A DNA stretch of 60,209 nt, from contig JAEUQX010000082.1 of NCBI GenBank assembly GCA_016788625.1, positions 1-60,209 of the forward strand, given 5' to 3'. The notes beneath the pieces are model-generated. The model was not told the DNA's origin and searched no databases. It was given only the letters and a program-made list of their open reading frames with translations. The DNA is from Anaerolineae bacterium (lineage in GTDB: Bacteria; Chloroflexota; Anaerolineae; Aggregatilineales; Phototrophicaceae). Shown in pieces: positions 22,517 to 31,896 of the stretch; within the stretch, counting starts at the first letter, position 1; each line of letters opens with the position of its first letter. The translations under genes and the position numbers were made by a program.

Positions 22517-23995
22517 TCAACGGCGCAGCGCCGCGTCCAGGAAGGTCTGCGCGTCGGCCTTCAGCTTCGCCAGTGCGTTCACATCCAGGTAGAACATGTG
22601 CCCGGCTTCGTAATAAGCAGTGTGGATCTGGTCGCGCTGCTCGCGGTCGATGGGCATGTGCGCCAGCGTATAGAGCGTGGCGAAATGCGGCGTCGCCAGA
22701 TCGTAGTAGCCCATCGCCACGAAGATGTGCATGAAGGGATTCTTGGCGAACGCGCTGCGCAGCGACTCGCTGGTATCGGTGTACTTGCCCGCTTCCCATT
22801 CCCAGCCCTGGTTGACTTCCATGCTGAGCGGCTGGTACTCGACATCGGTCTCATAGCCCAGCGTGCCGCGCACATACTGGTTGATCATCGAAGTGTAGGG
22901 CGGCAGGATGGCGTGCATCGACGGGTCGAACTCCGGCATTTCCCGAACGCTGATGGCTTCGAAGCCTTTGAAGCGGCTGTCGAGGCGACCGACGGTGCGG
23001 CGCTGGTCGCGCAGCAGCTCCTTACAGAAGAAGAAGATGTTGATGCCCAGGTTGCTGCCCTCGATGAAACGCGCCTCCAGCCCGGTGTAACGCGCCAACC
23101 GCTCGACGATGGCCGCGCGTGCCTCATCGCTCAGGCGGCTGCCCTTCATCAGCGCCAGCATGTAATCCGTCTCCGCCCAGGCTTCGACCTCGGCCAGCAC
23201 GTCAGCCAGCGGGCGCGCTTGCAGGTCGGCGGGCAGCCTGCCGTGATACCAGGCAGTGGAGGTGTAAGTCGGCAGGAACAGCGCGTAGGGCAGGTCGTTG
23301 CCCGCGTCGAAGTCGAGCGTCTGGAAGTGCATGGTGGTCGAGATCAGGAACAGACCGTTGAAGGCGATGCCCTTATCGACCAGCAGACCGGAAAGCCCTG
23401 CCGCGCGCGTCGTGCCGTAACTTTCGCCCGCCAGGAACAGCGGTGATGTCCAGCGCTTGCTGCGCGTCAGGTACAGGCGGATGAACTCGCCCACCGACTC
23501 CAGATCGCCTTTTACGCTCCAGAATTTCTTGGTCAGTTCCGGCTTCTCCGCGCGGCTGTAGCCCGTGCCCACCGGATCAATGAACACCAGATCGGTCATC
23601 TCCAGCCAGGTGTGTTCGTTGGGAACCAGTTGGTAGGGCGGCGCGGGCATCCAGCCCTCGTCCTGCATCTTGACGCGGTACGGACCGAGCGCGCCCAGGT
23701 GCAGCCACAGTGACGCCGAGCCGGGGCCGCCGTTGAACACGAAGGTCAGCGGGCGCAGCGGGTCGGGCTGCGGCAGGTCGAGCGTGTAGGCTATGTAGAA
23801 GATACGCGCTTCGATTTCCCCTTTGGCGTTCTTAAGCGGCATCATGCCCGTGTTGACGGTATAGGCCAAGCGCCGTTCGCCCAGGGTGATTTCGTGCTGG
23901 GTCTGAATGGGCGCTTCTTCCGGCTTAGCAGGCACTTCGGGTACAGGCGGCGTGCTCGGGGCAGCCGGGGCGGGCGTGGGGGTTTCGCTGGTCAT
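22517..23995 (-). CDS. Peptidase S10 family serine carboxypeptidase
   Basis: FNGGPGSAS, IDPVGTGYS, AGESYG (Ser), GYYDLATP (Asp), AGHMFY (His); ATG at 23995. Confidence 0.92.
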   Translation of the reverse strand: MTSETPTPAPAAPSTPPVPEVPAKPEEAPIQTQHEITLGERRLAYTVNTGMMPLKNAKGEIEARIFYIAYTLDLPQPDPLRPLTFVFNGGPGSASLWLHLGALGPYRVKMQDEGWMPAPPYQLVPNEHTWLEMTDLVFIDPVGTGYSRAEKPELTKKFWSVKGDLESVGEFIRLYLTRSKRWTSPLFLAGESYGTTRAAGLSGLLVDKGIAFNGLFLISTTMHFQTLDFDAGNDLPYALFLPTYTSTAWYHGRLPADLQARPLADVLAEVEAWAETDYMLALMKGSRLSDEARAAIVERLARYTGLEARFIEGSNLGINIFFFCKELLRDQRRTVGRLDSRFKGFEAISVREMPEFDPSMHAILPPYTSMINQYVRGTLGYETDVEYQPLSMEVNQGWEWEAGKYTDTSESLRSAFAKNPFMHIFVAMGYYDLATPHFATLYTLAHMPIDREQRDQIHTAYYEAGHMFYLDVNALAKLKADAQTFLDAALRR

Positions 23996-24275
23996 CCTGG
24001 GCGCTCCTGAATTATTCTGGCAAGATGATCCGACTTTACCAGACCAGCCCCGCCACGCAAAGTTCCATTGGCGCAGCCTGTGAACGAAACCCACTCTTTA
24101 CAGACAAGACGACCTGTGCGACAATGTGCAGTGATGGGGTATTCAACAAACCCTGGCTGATAGTGCATCCCGTGTCGCTCCTCTTGTATCCGAGATTGAC
24201 CACCTCTGCATTTTTCGCCACGACGACGAACCTACTCTATCGATCTTTCCGTGTTTATGCATACAGGAGTATGTC

Positions 24276-24566
24276 ATGGCTAAAAAGCTATATGTTGGTA
24301 ATCTGGCCTACAGCGCCACCGAATCGCAGATCCGCGAACTCTTCGCCCAGGTCGGTGAAGTCACCGAAGTCACCATCATCATGGATCGCGACACCGGCCG
24401 GTCCAAGGGCTTTGGTTTCGTCCAGATGGCGAACGATAACGACGCTCAGGATGCCATTCGCCGCTTCAACGGCTTCACGATGGACAACCGCGCGCTGACC
24501 GTCAACGAAGCACGCCCGCGCGAAGAGCGCAGCGGCGGCGGCAACTTCGGGCGCAATCGCCGCTAA
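24276..24566 (+). CDS. RRM-domain RNA-binding protein
   Basis: RNP2 LYVGNL, RNP1 KGFGFVQM, VNEARPRE, Gly/Arg tail; AGGAG RBS. Confidence 0.95.
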   Translation: MAKKLYVGNLAYSATESQIRELFAQVGEVTEVTIIMDRDTGRSKGFGFVQMANDNDAQDAIRRFNGFTMDNRALTVNEARPREERSGGGNFGRNRR

Positions 24567-24714
24567 ATCCAACATCAAATGCGATGAACCACAAACAGTG
24601 CAGGCCAGTCTTGCACTGTTTGTTCTCATTCCAGCCAATCTGCTGGCATCCACATCTCACCCCACACCTCAATCCCGAAACAAGCATCACCAGGTTCAAG
24701 AAAGCGGGCAGCAC

Positions 24715-24909
24715 ATGAATCTTGATACGATTTCGGACAAGCATCTGCATGAAATAGAGCGACTGACCACCGAACTGCTGGAAACGATCCGCAAAGCAAA
24801 GGTGGTTGAACCACCGTTGATTGAGATGCTGCGTGCCCTCAAGGCTCAGGCGGAACACTTACGCCGTGAGCGCTATGATGCGGTGAACCCCGAATTCCGG
24901 GGCTATTAA
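24715..24909 (+). CDS. Small hypothetical helical protein (64 aa)
   Basis: MNLDTISDKHLHEIERLTTELL...RRERYDAVNPEFRGY; amphipathic pattern, ATG at 24715. Confidence 0.6.
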   Translation: MNLDTISDKHLHEIERLTTELLETIRKAKVVEPPLIEMLRALKAQAEHLRRERYDAVNPEFRGY

Positions 24910-24935
24910 CCTCCCCCACGTCCTTCCTACACCCC

Positions 24936-24972
24936 AACCCCACCCTAACCCCTCCCCGTCAACGGGCAGGGG
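24936..24972. repeat. Family-2 palindromic repeat
   Basis: ccccaccctaacccctccccgtcaacgggcagggg hairpin between the small ORF and the Clp gene. Confidence 0.5.
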
Positions 24973-25078
24973 TCGTTACGTGTTCTGAACATGTGCCAAT
25001 TGTCCAACAAAGAGCCGCATTTGCGCTATACTTACTGGGTAGCTGATTTATCCGTTCGTATACGGCTGGTAAACCAAC

Positions 25079-27487
25079 TTGACACCATCACCTTCACCTG
25101 ATCTTCCTGAGAAAGAGATCCGCGAGCGCTGCGCCGCCTACCTGACCGCCGCCGCCGAGGAAGCCCGCCAGCGCGAGCAGAACTACATCGGCGTCGAGCA
25201 TCTGTTCATGGCAGCCACGCGCACCGAGAGCGGCCCGACCTGCAACCTGCTGCGTCGTGCCGGGCTGGACCCGCGCGTCGTGCGCAGCGAGATTCGCAAA
25301 GAGATCGGCAGCGGCGACGGCAAGTTGGGCGAGGTGCTGCCCCTGACGCCGCGCAGCGAGATCGTGCTGGCGCTGGCGATATTCCTGGCCGACCGCGACG
25401 AAGACTATAAAGACCGCGAGATTGACGAAGCGCACCTGCTGCTCGCGATGCTCCAGGAAGGCGAGAACATCCCGGTTCGCAAACTGATCGAGATGGGCTT
25501 TGATCTCAACCTGTGGCTGCAGCGGCTGCTGCTGGAAGCGCAGCTCCCGCGCACAGAACACAAGGGAGACGAGGACGAAAGCGAAATCTTCGACTTCCCG
25601 CACATCAGTGACGACGACTTCGCCTTCGACGACTCGGAAGAATTCCCATCCATGCCCGTCCGAGGCGAAACACGGATGCCCACCCCACTGCTGGACAAGT
25701 ATGGCCGCGACCTGACCGAACAGGCGCGCGCGGGCAAGATCGGCCCGGCCATCGCGCGCGAGAAGGAAATCCGCGCCCTGGCCCGCACGCTGGCGCGCAG
25801 CAAGAAGAATAACCCGCTGCTGCTCGGCGACGCGGGCGTGGGCAAGACGGCGGTGGTCGAAGGGCTGGCCTACGCGATTCACGCGGGCAGCGCGCCGAAG
25901 TCGCTGGAGAACCGTCGCCTGGTACAGATCGAGATCGGCACGCTGGTCGCGGGCACGAGCCTGCGCGGGCAGTTCGAGGAACGGCTGATCGGCATCGTGG
26001 ACGAGGCTAAGAATGCCGGCAACGTCATCCTGTTCATTGATGAGATTCACACCATCGTCGGCGCTGGCGATACGATTGACAGCAACCTGGACGCCGCCAA
26101 CATCCTCAAGCCTGCCCTGGCGCGCGGCGAACTGATCTGCATCGGCGCGACCACGCACGAGGAATACCGCCGCGCCATCGCCCAGGACCCGGCGCTCGAC
26201 CGCCGCTTCCGCACCATCGACATCGAAGAACCCAGTGAGGTCGCCTCGCTCGAAATCCTCAAGGGACAGCGCGAACGGCTGGAGAAACATCACGGCGTGA
26301 CGATCACGCAAGAGGCACTGGAGATGGCCGTCAACCTCTCGGTGCGCTTCCTGCCCGACCGCCGCCTGCCGGATAAGGCGCTCGATCTGCTGGATGAGGC
26401 CTGCACACGCGTGATCATCCGCACGCTCTCGCCGGACGAGAGCAGCGCCGACATGACGCCGGAAGTCGAGGTCGAGAACATCGCGGCGGTGCTTTCCGAC
26501 TGGACAGGCATCCCCGTAACCGAACTGACGAAAGACGAGAAGCGCCGTCTGGCCGGGCTGGAGAACGCCCTGCGCCAGCGCGTGATCGGACAGGACGAAG
26601 CCGTGACGACGGTGGCCGAAGCCATCAAGACCGCCCGCGCCGGATTGGGCGATCCGCTGCGTCCGATTGGCGTGTTCCTGTTCCTGGGGCCGTCGGGCGT
26701 CGGCAAGACTGAACTGGGACGCGCGCTGGCGGAGTTCCTCTTCGGCAGCGACGACGCCATGCTGCGGCTGGATATGTCCGAGTTCCACGACTCGCACACG
26801 GTCGCCCGGCTGATCGGCGCGCCGCCCGGCTACAAGGACACACAGCGCGGCGGACAGCTCACCGATGGCCTGCGCCGCCGCCCGTACAGCGTGGTGCTGC
26901 TCGATGAGGTCGAGAAGGCCGCGCCGGAAGTCTTCGACATCTTCCTGCAGGTCTTCGATGAAGGACGGCTGAGCGACGCGCACGGACGCAATGTTGACGC
27001 GCGGCACTCGGTCTTCATCATGACCAGCAACATCGGCACGGAAGAGGCGGGCAAACACTTGGGATTCCTGGGCGGCGCTGACTCGAAGCCGGATTTCACG
27101 GCCTATCTGAGCCGTTTCTTCCGCCCGGAATTCCTCAACCGTATCGACGAAATCATCACCTTCCACTCGCTCGACCAGGATAAGATGAGCCGTATCCTCG
27201 ATTTGCAGCTCAAGGACCTACATGAGCGGCTGCGCCAACAGAAGCTGACGCTCGAACTGGCCGACGCTGCCCGCGAGCTGATCCTGAAGAAGGGCTACGA
27301 CCCGGTCAACGGCGCTCGCCCGCTGCGCCGCGCCATCGAGCGGCTGCTCACCCGCCCGCTCAGCACGCGCATCGTGGAAGATGACTTTCAGAAAGGCGAC
27401 ACGATCCTGGCGCTGGCCGACGATAGTGAACGCCTGCACTTCGAGGTCAAAGCCAAGCCGAATGATGTGACGAGTAACGAGGGATGA
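25079..27487 (+). CDS. ClpA/ClpC-like Hsp100 AAA+ ATPase (divergent)
   Basis: Clp N-repeats ([19 protein letters not shown]); D1 [15 protein letters not shown]; [14 protein letters not shown]; D2 [15 protein letters not shown]; LGF loop; GARPLRR; no middle coiled coil; TTG start. Confidence 0.93.
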   Translation: MTPSPSPDLPEKEIRERCAAYLTAAAEEARQREQNYIGVEHLFMAATRTESGPTCNLLRRAGLDPRVVRSEIRKEIGSGDGKLGEVLPLTPRSEIVLALAIFLADRDEDYKDREIDEAHLLLAMLQEGENIPVRKLIEMGFDLNLWLQRLLLEAQLPRTEHKGDEDESEIFDFPHISDDDFAFDDSEEFPSMPVRGETRMPTPLLDKYGRDLTEQARAGKIGPAIAREKEIRALARTLARSKKNNPLLLGDAGVGKTAVVEGLAYAIHAGSAPKSLENRRLVQIEIGTLVAGTSLRGQFEERLIGIVDEAKNAGNVILFIDEIHTIVGAGDTIDSNLDAANILKPALARGELICIGATTHEEYRRAIAQDPALDRRFRTIDIEEPSEVASLEILKGQRERLEKHHGVTITQEALEMAVNLSVRFLPDRRLPDKALDLLDEACTRVIIRTLSPDESSADMTPEVEVENIAAVLSDWTGIPVTELTKDEKRRLAGLENALRQRVIGQDEAVTTVAEAIKTARAGLGDPLRPIGVFLFLGPSGVGKTELGRALAEFLFGSDDAMLRLDMSEFHDSHTVARLIGAPPGYKDTQRGGQLTDGLRRRPYSVVLLDEVEKAAPEVFDIFLQVFDEGRLSDAHGRNVDARHSVFIMTSNIGTEEAGKHLGFLGGADSKPDFTAYLSRFFRPEFLNRIDEIITFHSLDQDKMSRILDLQLKDLHERLRQQKLTLELADAARELILKKGYDPVNGARPLRRAIERLLTRPLSTRIVEDDFQKGDTILALADDSERLHFEVKAKPNDVTSNEG

Positions 27488-27537
27488 GGGAAACGAAGCA
27501 TTCACCAGACCCAGAACGACATTGTAGGGGATGAATT

Positions 27538-27561
27538 GTAGGGATACGCCATCACGTGTCC
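27538..27561. repeat. REP-like element (degenerate)
   Basis: gtagggatacg-ccatca-cgtgtcc between the Clp and kinase genes. Confidence 0.45.
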
Positions 27562-27691
27562 GCCGCAGAGGAAAAGCAGAGGTAGTGTATATTGTGCAGG
27601 CAGGGGCTTGTAAGGGTGCAATGCCTTGCGCCCTTACGTCAGCCTGTATATCCTCCCGGTCAGGATCACCAGGCAGCAGGTCACAATCACG

Positions 27692-30600
27692 ATGAACCCA
27701 GCACCTCAGACAGGACGACAGCCTCCGCAGATGAGCGCCGAGGCCATCAACAAAGCACTGCGGAGACGCCATCCCCAGGACGGCGTGGATTTTTTCGCCA
27801 GTGACCCGGTTCCAGAGATTCGCACGCTGGGACGGCTGGCGCTGCGCCGCACCGACATCAACGATTTCTTCGCGCTCGGCGACCTGTGCGCCCGACGCAC
27901 GCTCAGCGACGATGGGCGGCTGTTGATCTTCTATGCGGGCAAGACGCTGATCGCCTACCAGCGCGCCGAGCAGGCCGCCGCCAACAGCGTAGACCGCTAT
28001 ACCGCGCGCATCGCCTTGCAGCGCTTCATCCAGTGGGTCATCGCCAGCGCGCAGGCCAACCCGACACGTCGCAATCTGGCGGTCGCGTTGTGGGTGGCTG
28101 CCGAGAACGAACCCGGCGACATGTTCCCGCTGCTGGAGATCGAGAGCCGCCTGGAAGACCTGACCGACTCTTACCTCAACGACGCGCCAACCAACCCCAT
28201 TCGCATCATCGGGGGTACGGAAGCCAACGGCGATGATGACCTGACCGCCATCGCGCCGCTCGACCTGACAGGCACGAGCCACGACAGCGGCCAGACGATG
28301 GCCGATGTGGACTCAGAGCAACCACCCATCGACTCATTGGAAATCGTCTCCGGCAGCGAGACACGCATCGAACAGACCGCACAGGATCATCTGACGTCGG
28401 TCGAACGCGACGCCGGACGCGTGGACCGCAAACTGGTGCAGCCCTACCTCGGCGCGCGCAGCCACAGCGACGACGACTTTGACATTGGCGAGCGCATCCA
28501 GGATCGCTACGAAGTCCACGACATCCGGCGCGGCGGTATGGGCATCGTCTACCTGTGTTACGACCACCAGAACCGCGAACCCGTCGCCATCAAGACCTTC
28601 CAGAGTAAGTTCCTGGATAACGAACGCGCTGTGACGCGCTTCAACCAGGAGGCGACCACCTGGATTCTGCTGGAGAAGCACCGCCACATCGTCCGGGCGC
28701 TGCGCGTGGAGACCATCCGTGAGCGCCCGCACATCATCCTGGAACACATCAGCGGGCCAGAAGGGCTGGGGCCAGACCTGCGCAGTTGGATTGACCACAA
28801 ACGCCTCGATCTGGCGCAGAGCATCGAGTTTGGGCTGCACATGGCGCTGGGGATGCAGCACGCTTGCAGCCTGGTGGAAGGGCTGGTACACCGCGATCTG
28901 AAACCGGCCAATGTCCTGGTGACGCACGACGGCATCGCCAAGATCACCGACTTTGGGCTGGTGCGCTCACTGGAATTCACCGATGTGCCGCTGCCCGGCA
29001 ACGATACCGATGACGACTCGCCGCGCCACGACCCGCGCCTGACGCGCGTCGGCGCGATTGTCGGCACGCCGCCCTATATGTCGCCGGAACAGTGCGACGC
29101 CAGGATCGTGGACATCCGCGCCGATGTGTATGCGTTCGGCTGTATGCTCTATGAGATGCTGACTGGTCGGCACGCCTTCGACGCCAAGAAATTCCCCGAA
29201 TGGAAGCACGCCCATCAGAAGATCAAACCCGTCTTTGACGATCAAAGCGCACGGCAGATTCCGCTCAGGCTGCAAAAGCTAACGTTGGCCTGCCTGGAGA
29301 AATCCCCCGCAGACCGCCCGGCGGACTGGGCCGAACTGGTCGATGAACTGGCGATCATTTACGAGGATGTCACCGGGCAGCGCGCCACGCTGGAAATCAC
29401 CGGGCCGGAGATGCAGGTTCACGAGCTGATCGACAAGGGCTACTCGCTGACTGAACTCAGCCGCATGGACGAGGCGCTGGCCGCTTATGACCGGGCGATC
29501 AGCTTACAGCAGGATAATGCGCTGGCCTGGGCGCGCAAGGGACGTGCGCTGCGGCTGCTGGCGCGCTACGATGACGCACTGGCCTGCTACGATCACGCAT
29601 TGGCGATTTACCCGCGCTATGCCTTCGCCTGGCGCGGCAAGGGGCTGGTACTGGAACGGCTGGGGCGCATGGAACAGGCGCTGGTCTGTTACGAGCAGGC
29701 GGCACAGATCAAACCGAACGAGGTGTGGAACTGGTATAACCAGGCCGATGTGCTGCAGAACATGGGGCGCTACGCCGATGCCATCCCGCTGCTGGAAAAG
29801 GCGCTGGAAGTCGATGTGACGCATCCGAATAGCTGGGCGAAGCTCGGCCAGGTGCATCGCCTGATGCAGAACTACGAGCAGGCTGTCACAGGCTACGAAA
29901 AAGCCGTAGAACTCGATCCCGGCTATGCCTGGGCATGGAACGGGCGCGGGCTGGCGCTCAAGGCGCTCAACCGCTCGGCAGAGGCGCTCGCCAGCTTCCG
30001 CAAAGCCACCGAGTACCAGCCGGAAGAAGTCTGGCATTGGTATAACCTGACCGAGATGCTGGTCGAGATGGGCATGTTCAAGGACGCCGTGCCCACCGCC
30101 ACACAGGCCACGCGCACCGACCCGACGCACGCCTTTAGCTGGGCCAAGCTCGGTCAGGTGCTGCGCCACGTCAACCGCAATGAGGAAGCACTGGAAGCCT
30201 ACGAGAAGGCCATCAAGCTCCAGCCGGACTACAGTTGGGCGATCAACGGCAAGGGCATCGTGCTGGAACACATGAACCGGCTCGATGAGGCGCTGGAAGC
30301 CTATCAGCAGGCGGCGCAGTATGCCGACAACTACATCTGGCACTGCTGGTATAACCAGGGCAATGTGCTGGTGATGATGGGACGCTATAAAGAGGCACTG
30401 GTGCTGCTGGAACGGGTCACGCGCATCATGCCGCAGCACGCGCCGAGCTGGGCGCGCATGGGCAACGCGCTGCGCCACCTCAAACGCCACGACGAGGCGC
30501 TGAACGCCTACCGCCAGGCCACGCGGCTCGACCCGGAATACGCCTGGGCGTGGAACGAGCAGGGTATCACGCTGGAAATCATGGGACGCCTGGACGATGC

Positions 30601-31735
30601 GCTGAAGGCCTTCCGCCGCGCCAGCCAGGCCGCCCCGCGCGATGCCTACTACCTCTACCAGCAGGTCGATATTCTGCTGCAAATGAGCCAGTATCAGGCG
30701 GCGCTTGACCTGCTCGACCAGGGCTTGAAGCTCGACCCACGCAGCGCGCGTATGTGGGCTAAGCAGGGGCAGGCGCTGCGCCGTCTGGGGCGCATGGAGG
30801 AGGCGCTGCGCGGTTATACCCGCGCGGTCGAGCTGGATGATCAGTATGGTTGGGCGTGGAACGGGCGCGGCCTGACGCTGAGCAGCCTGGGGCGGCACGA
30901 AGAGGCGTTGGAATGTTTCAGGAAGGCCACCGAGTCCAGCGACCAGGATGTGTGGTACTGGTACAACATGGGCGACGAACTGGTCATGCTCAACCGCTTT
31001 GAGGAAGCGCTGGAAGTCCTCGATCAGGCCATCAAGCTCAACACGCGCCACGCAGAAAGCTGGGCGAAGCGCGGTCAGGCGCTGCGTCGGCTGGGGCGCA
31101 GCAGCGAAGCGTTGACGGCCTATGATCAGGCCTTGGCGCTCAACCCCAAGTACGCCTGGGCATGGAACGGGCGCGGGCTGGCGTTGGAAGCGATGGGACG
31201 GCGCGAAGAGGCGCTGGCGAGCTACGAGCGCTCGACCGAGGAAGACCCCAAAGTGATCTGGTACTACACCAACCAGATCGACGTGCTGCTCGATTTGCAG
31301 CGCAAGAACGAGGCGCTGAGTGTGGCCGACCGGGCGGTGGCGCTGCTGCCGAAGAACCCGGTGGCCTGGGCGCGGCGTGGGCAGGTGCTGCGCCGCCTGG
31401 GCGACCAGCAGACGGCTATCGACAGCTACCAGAAGGCGCTGGAATATGACTCGACGTATGCCTGGGCGTGGAACGGGTTGGGGCTGGCCTTCGCTGCGCT
31501 GGAACGCTGGGACGAGGCGATTTCTGCCTATGAACTGGCGGTACATTACAACGCAAGCGACGTGTGGTTCCTGAACAACTTTGGCGACGCGCTGATGGCG
31601 ACCAAGCAGTATCGCAAGGCGGTCGATCTCTTCGAACAGTCGTTGAGAGTCGATCCACACAATGATGTGACTCAGCGTAAGCTGAAAGAGGCAGAGCGGC
31701 TGGCGAGTGAAGCTGGCGACGATGACGAGGATTAA
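27692..31735 (+). CDS. Hanks-type Ser/Thr protein kinase with C-terminal array of 22 TPRs
   Basis: RGGMGIVY, VAIK, HRDLKPAN, DFG, GTPPYMSPEQ, DVYAFG; 34-aa repeats counted by eye from 29417 to 31663; no TM segment seen; ATG at 27692 (27731 possible). Confidence 0.93.
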   Translation: MNPAPQTGRQPPQMSAEAINKALRRRHPQDGVDFFASDPVPEIRTLGRLALRRTDINDFFALGDLCARRTLSDDGRLLIFYAGKTLIAYQRAEQAAANSVDRYTARIALQRFIQWVIASAQANPTRRNLAVALWVAAENEPGDMFPLLEIESRLEDLTDSYLNDAPTNPIRIIGGTEANGDDDLTAIAPLDLTGTSHDSGQTMADVDSEQPPIDSLEIVSGSETRIEQTAQDHLTSVERDAGRVDRKLVQPYLGARSHSDDDFDIGERIQDRYEVHDIRRGGMGIVYLCYDHQNREPVAIKTFQSKFLDNERAVTRFNQEATTWILLEKHRHIVRALRVETIRERPHIILEHISGPEGLGPDLRSWIDHKRLDLAQSIEFGLHMALGMQHACSLVEGLVHRDLKPANVLVTHDGIAKITDFGLVRSLEFTDVPLPGNDTDDDSPRHDPRLTRVGAIVGTPPYMSPEQCDARIVDIRADVYAFGCMLYEMLTGRHAFDAKKFPEWKHAHQKIKPVFDDQSARQIPLRLQKLTLACLEKSPADRPADWAELVDELAIIYEDVTGQRATLEITGPEMQVHELIDKGYSLTELSRMDEALAAYDRAISLQQDNALAWARKGRALRLLARYDDALACYDHALAIYPRYAFAWRGKGLVLERLGRMEQALVCYEQAAQIKPNEVWNWYNQADVLQNMGRYADAIPLLEKALEVDVTHPNSWAKLGQVHRLMQNYEQAVTGYEKAVELDPGYAWAWNGRGLALKALNRSAEALASFRKATEYQPEEVWHWYNLTEMLVEMGMFKDAVPTATQATRTDPTHAFSWAKLGQVLRHVNRNEEALEAYEKAIKLQPDYSWAINGKGIVLEHMNRLDEALEAYQQAAQYADNYIWHCWYNQGNVLVMMGRYKEALVLLERVTRIMPQHAPSWARMGNALRHLKRHDEALNAYRQATRLDPEYAWAWNEQGITLEIMGRLDDALKAFRRASQAAPRDAYYLYQQVDILLQMSQYQAALDLLDQGLKLDPRSARMWAKQGQALRRLGRMEEALRGYTRAVELDDQYGWAWNGRGLTLSSLGRHEEALECFRKATESSDQDVWYWYNMGDELVMLNRFEEALEVLDQAIKLNTRHAESWAKRGQALRRLGRSSEALTAYDQALALNPKYAWAWNGRGLALEAMGRREEALASYERSTEEDPKVIWYYTNQIDVLLDLQRKNEALSVADRAVALLPKNPVAWARRGQVLRRLGDQQTAIDSYQKALEYDSTYAWAWNGLGLAFAALERWDEAISAYELAVHYNASDVWFLNNFGDALMATKQYRKAVDLFEQSLRVDPHNDVTQRKLKEAERLASEAGDDDED

Positions 31736-31760
31736 TCGCTAACTCACCTTATGTAGAAAG

Positions 31761-31857
31761 CCCTTACCCTAAATCCCTCTCCTCATCGAGAGGAACTTTA
31801 AGAAGACCTGTTATGTCCTCCCATCGACTTGAGGGATAAGGGGCCGGGGGATGAGGG
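31761..31857. repeat. Family-2 palindromic repeat pair
   Basis: cccttaccctaaatccctctcc...gagagg and tcctccc...gaggg...ggggccgggggatgaggg in inverted arrangement between the kinase and FHA genes. Confidence 0.55.
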
Positions 31858-31896
31858 CATCTGCGTAAGGCGAGTCCATGAAGAAGGATTAGCACA

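Noticed and set aside
25094-31660. Long minus-strand ORFs (690, 354 and 718 aa) opposite the Clp and kinase genes
   Set aside because: Shadow frames; any periodicity mirrors the sense-strand TPR repeats.
29417-31663. Recurrent DNA motif tgggcgtggaacgggcgcgg as a possible CRISPR or DNA repeat array
   Set aside because: In-frame coding repeats (WAWNGRG) at 306-nt multiples with synonymous variation; no repeat-spacer structure and no cas genes.
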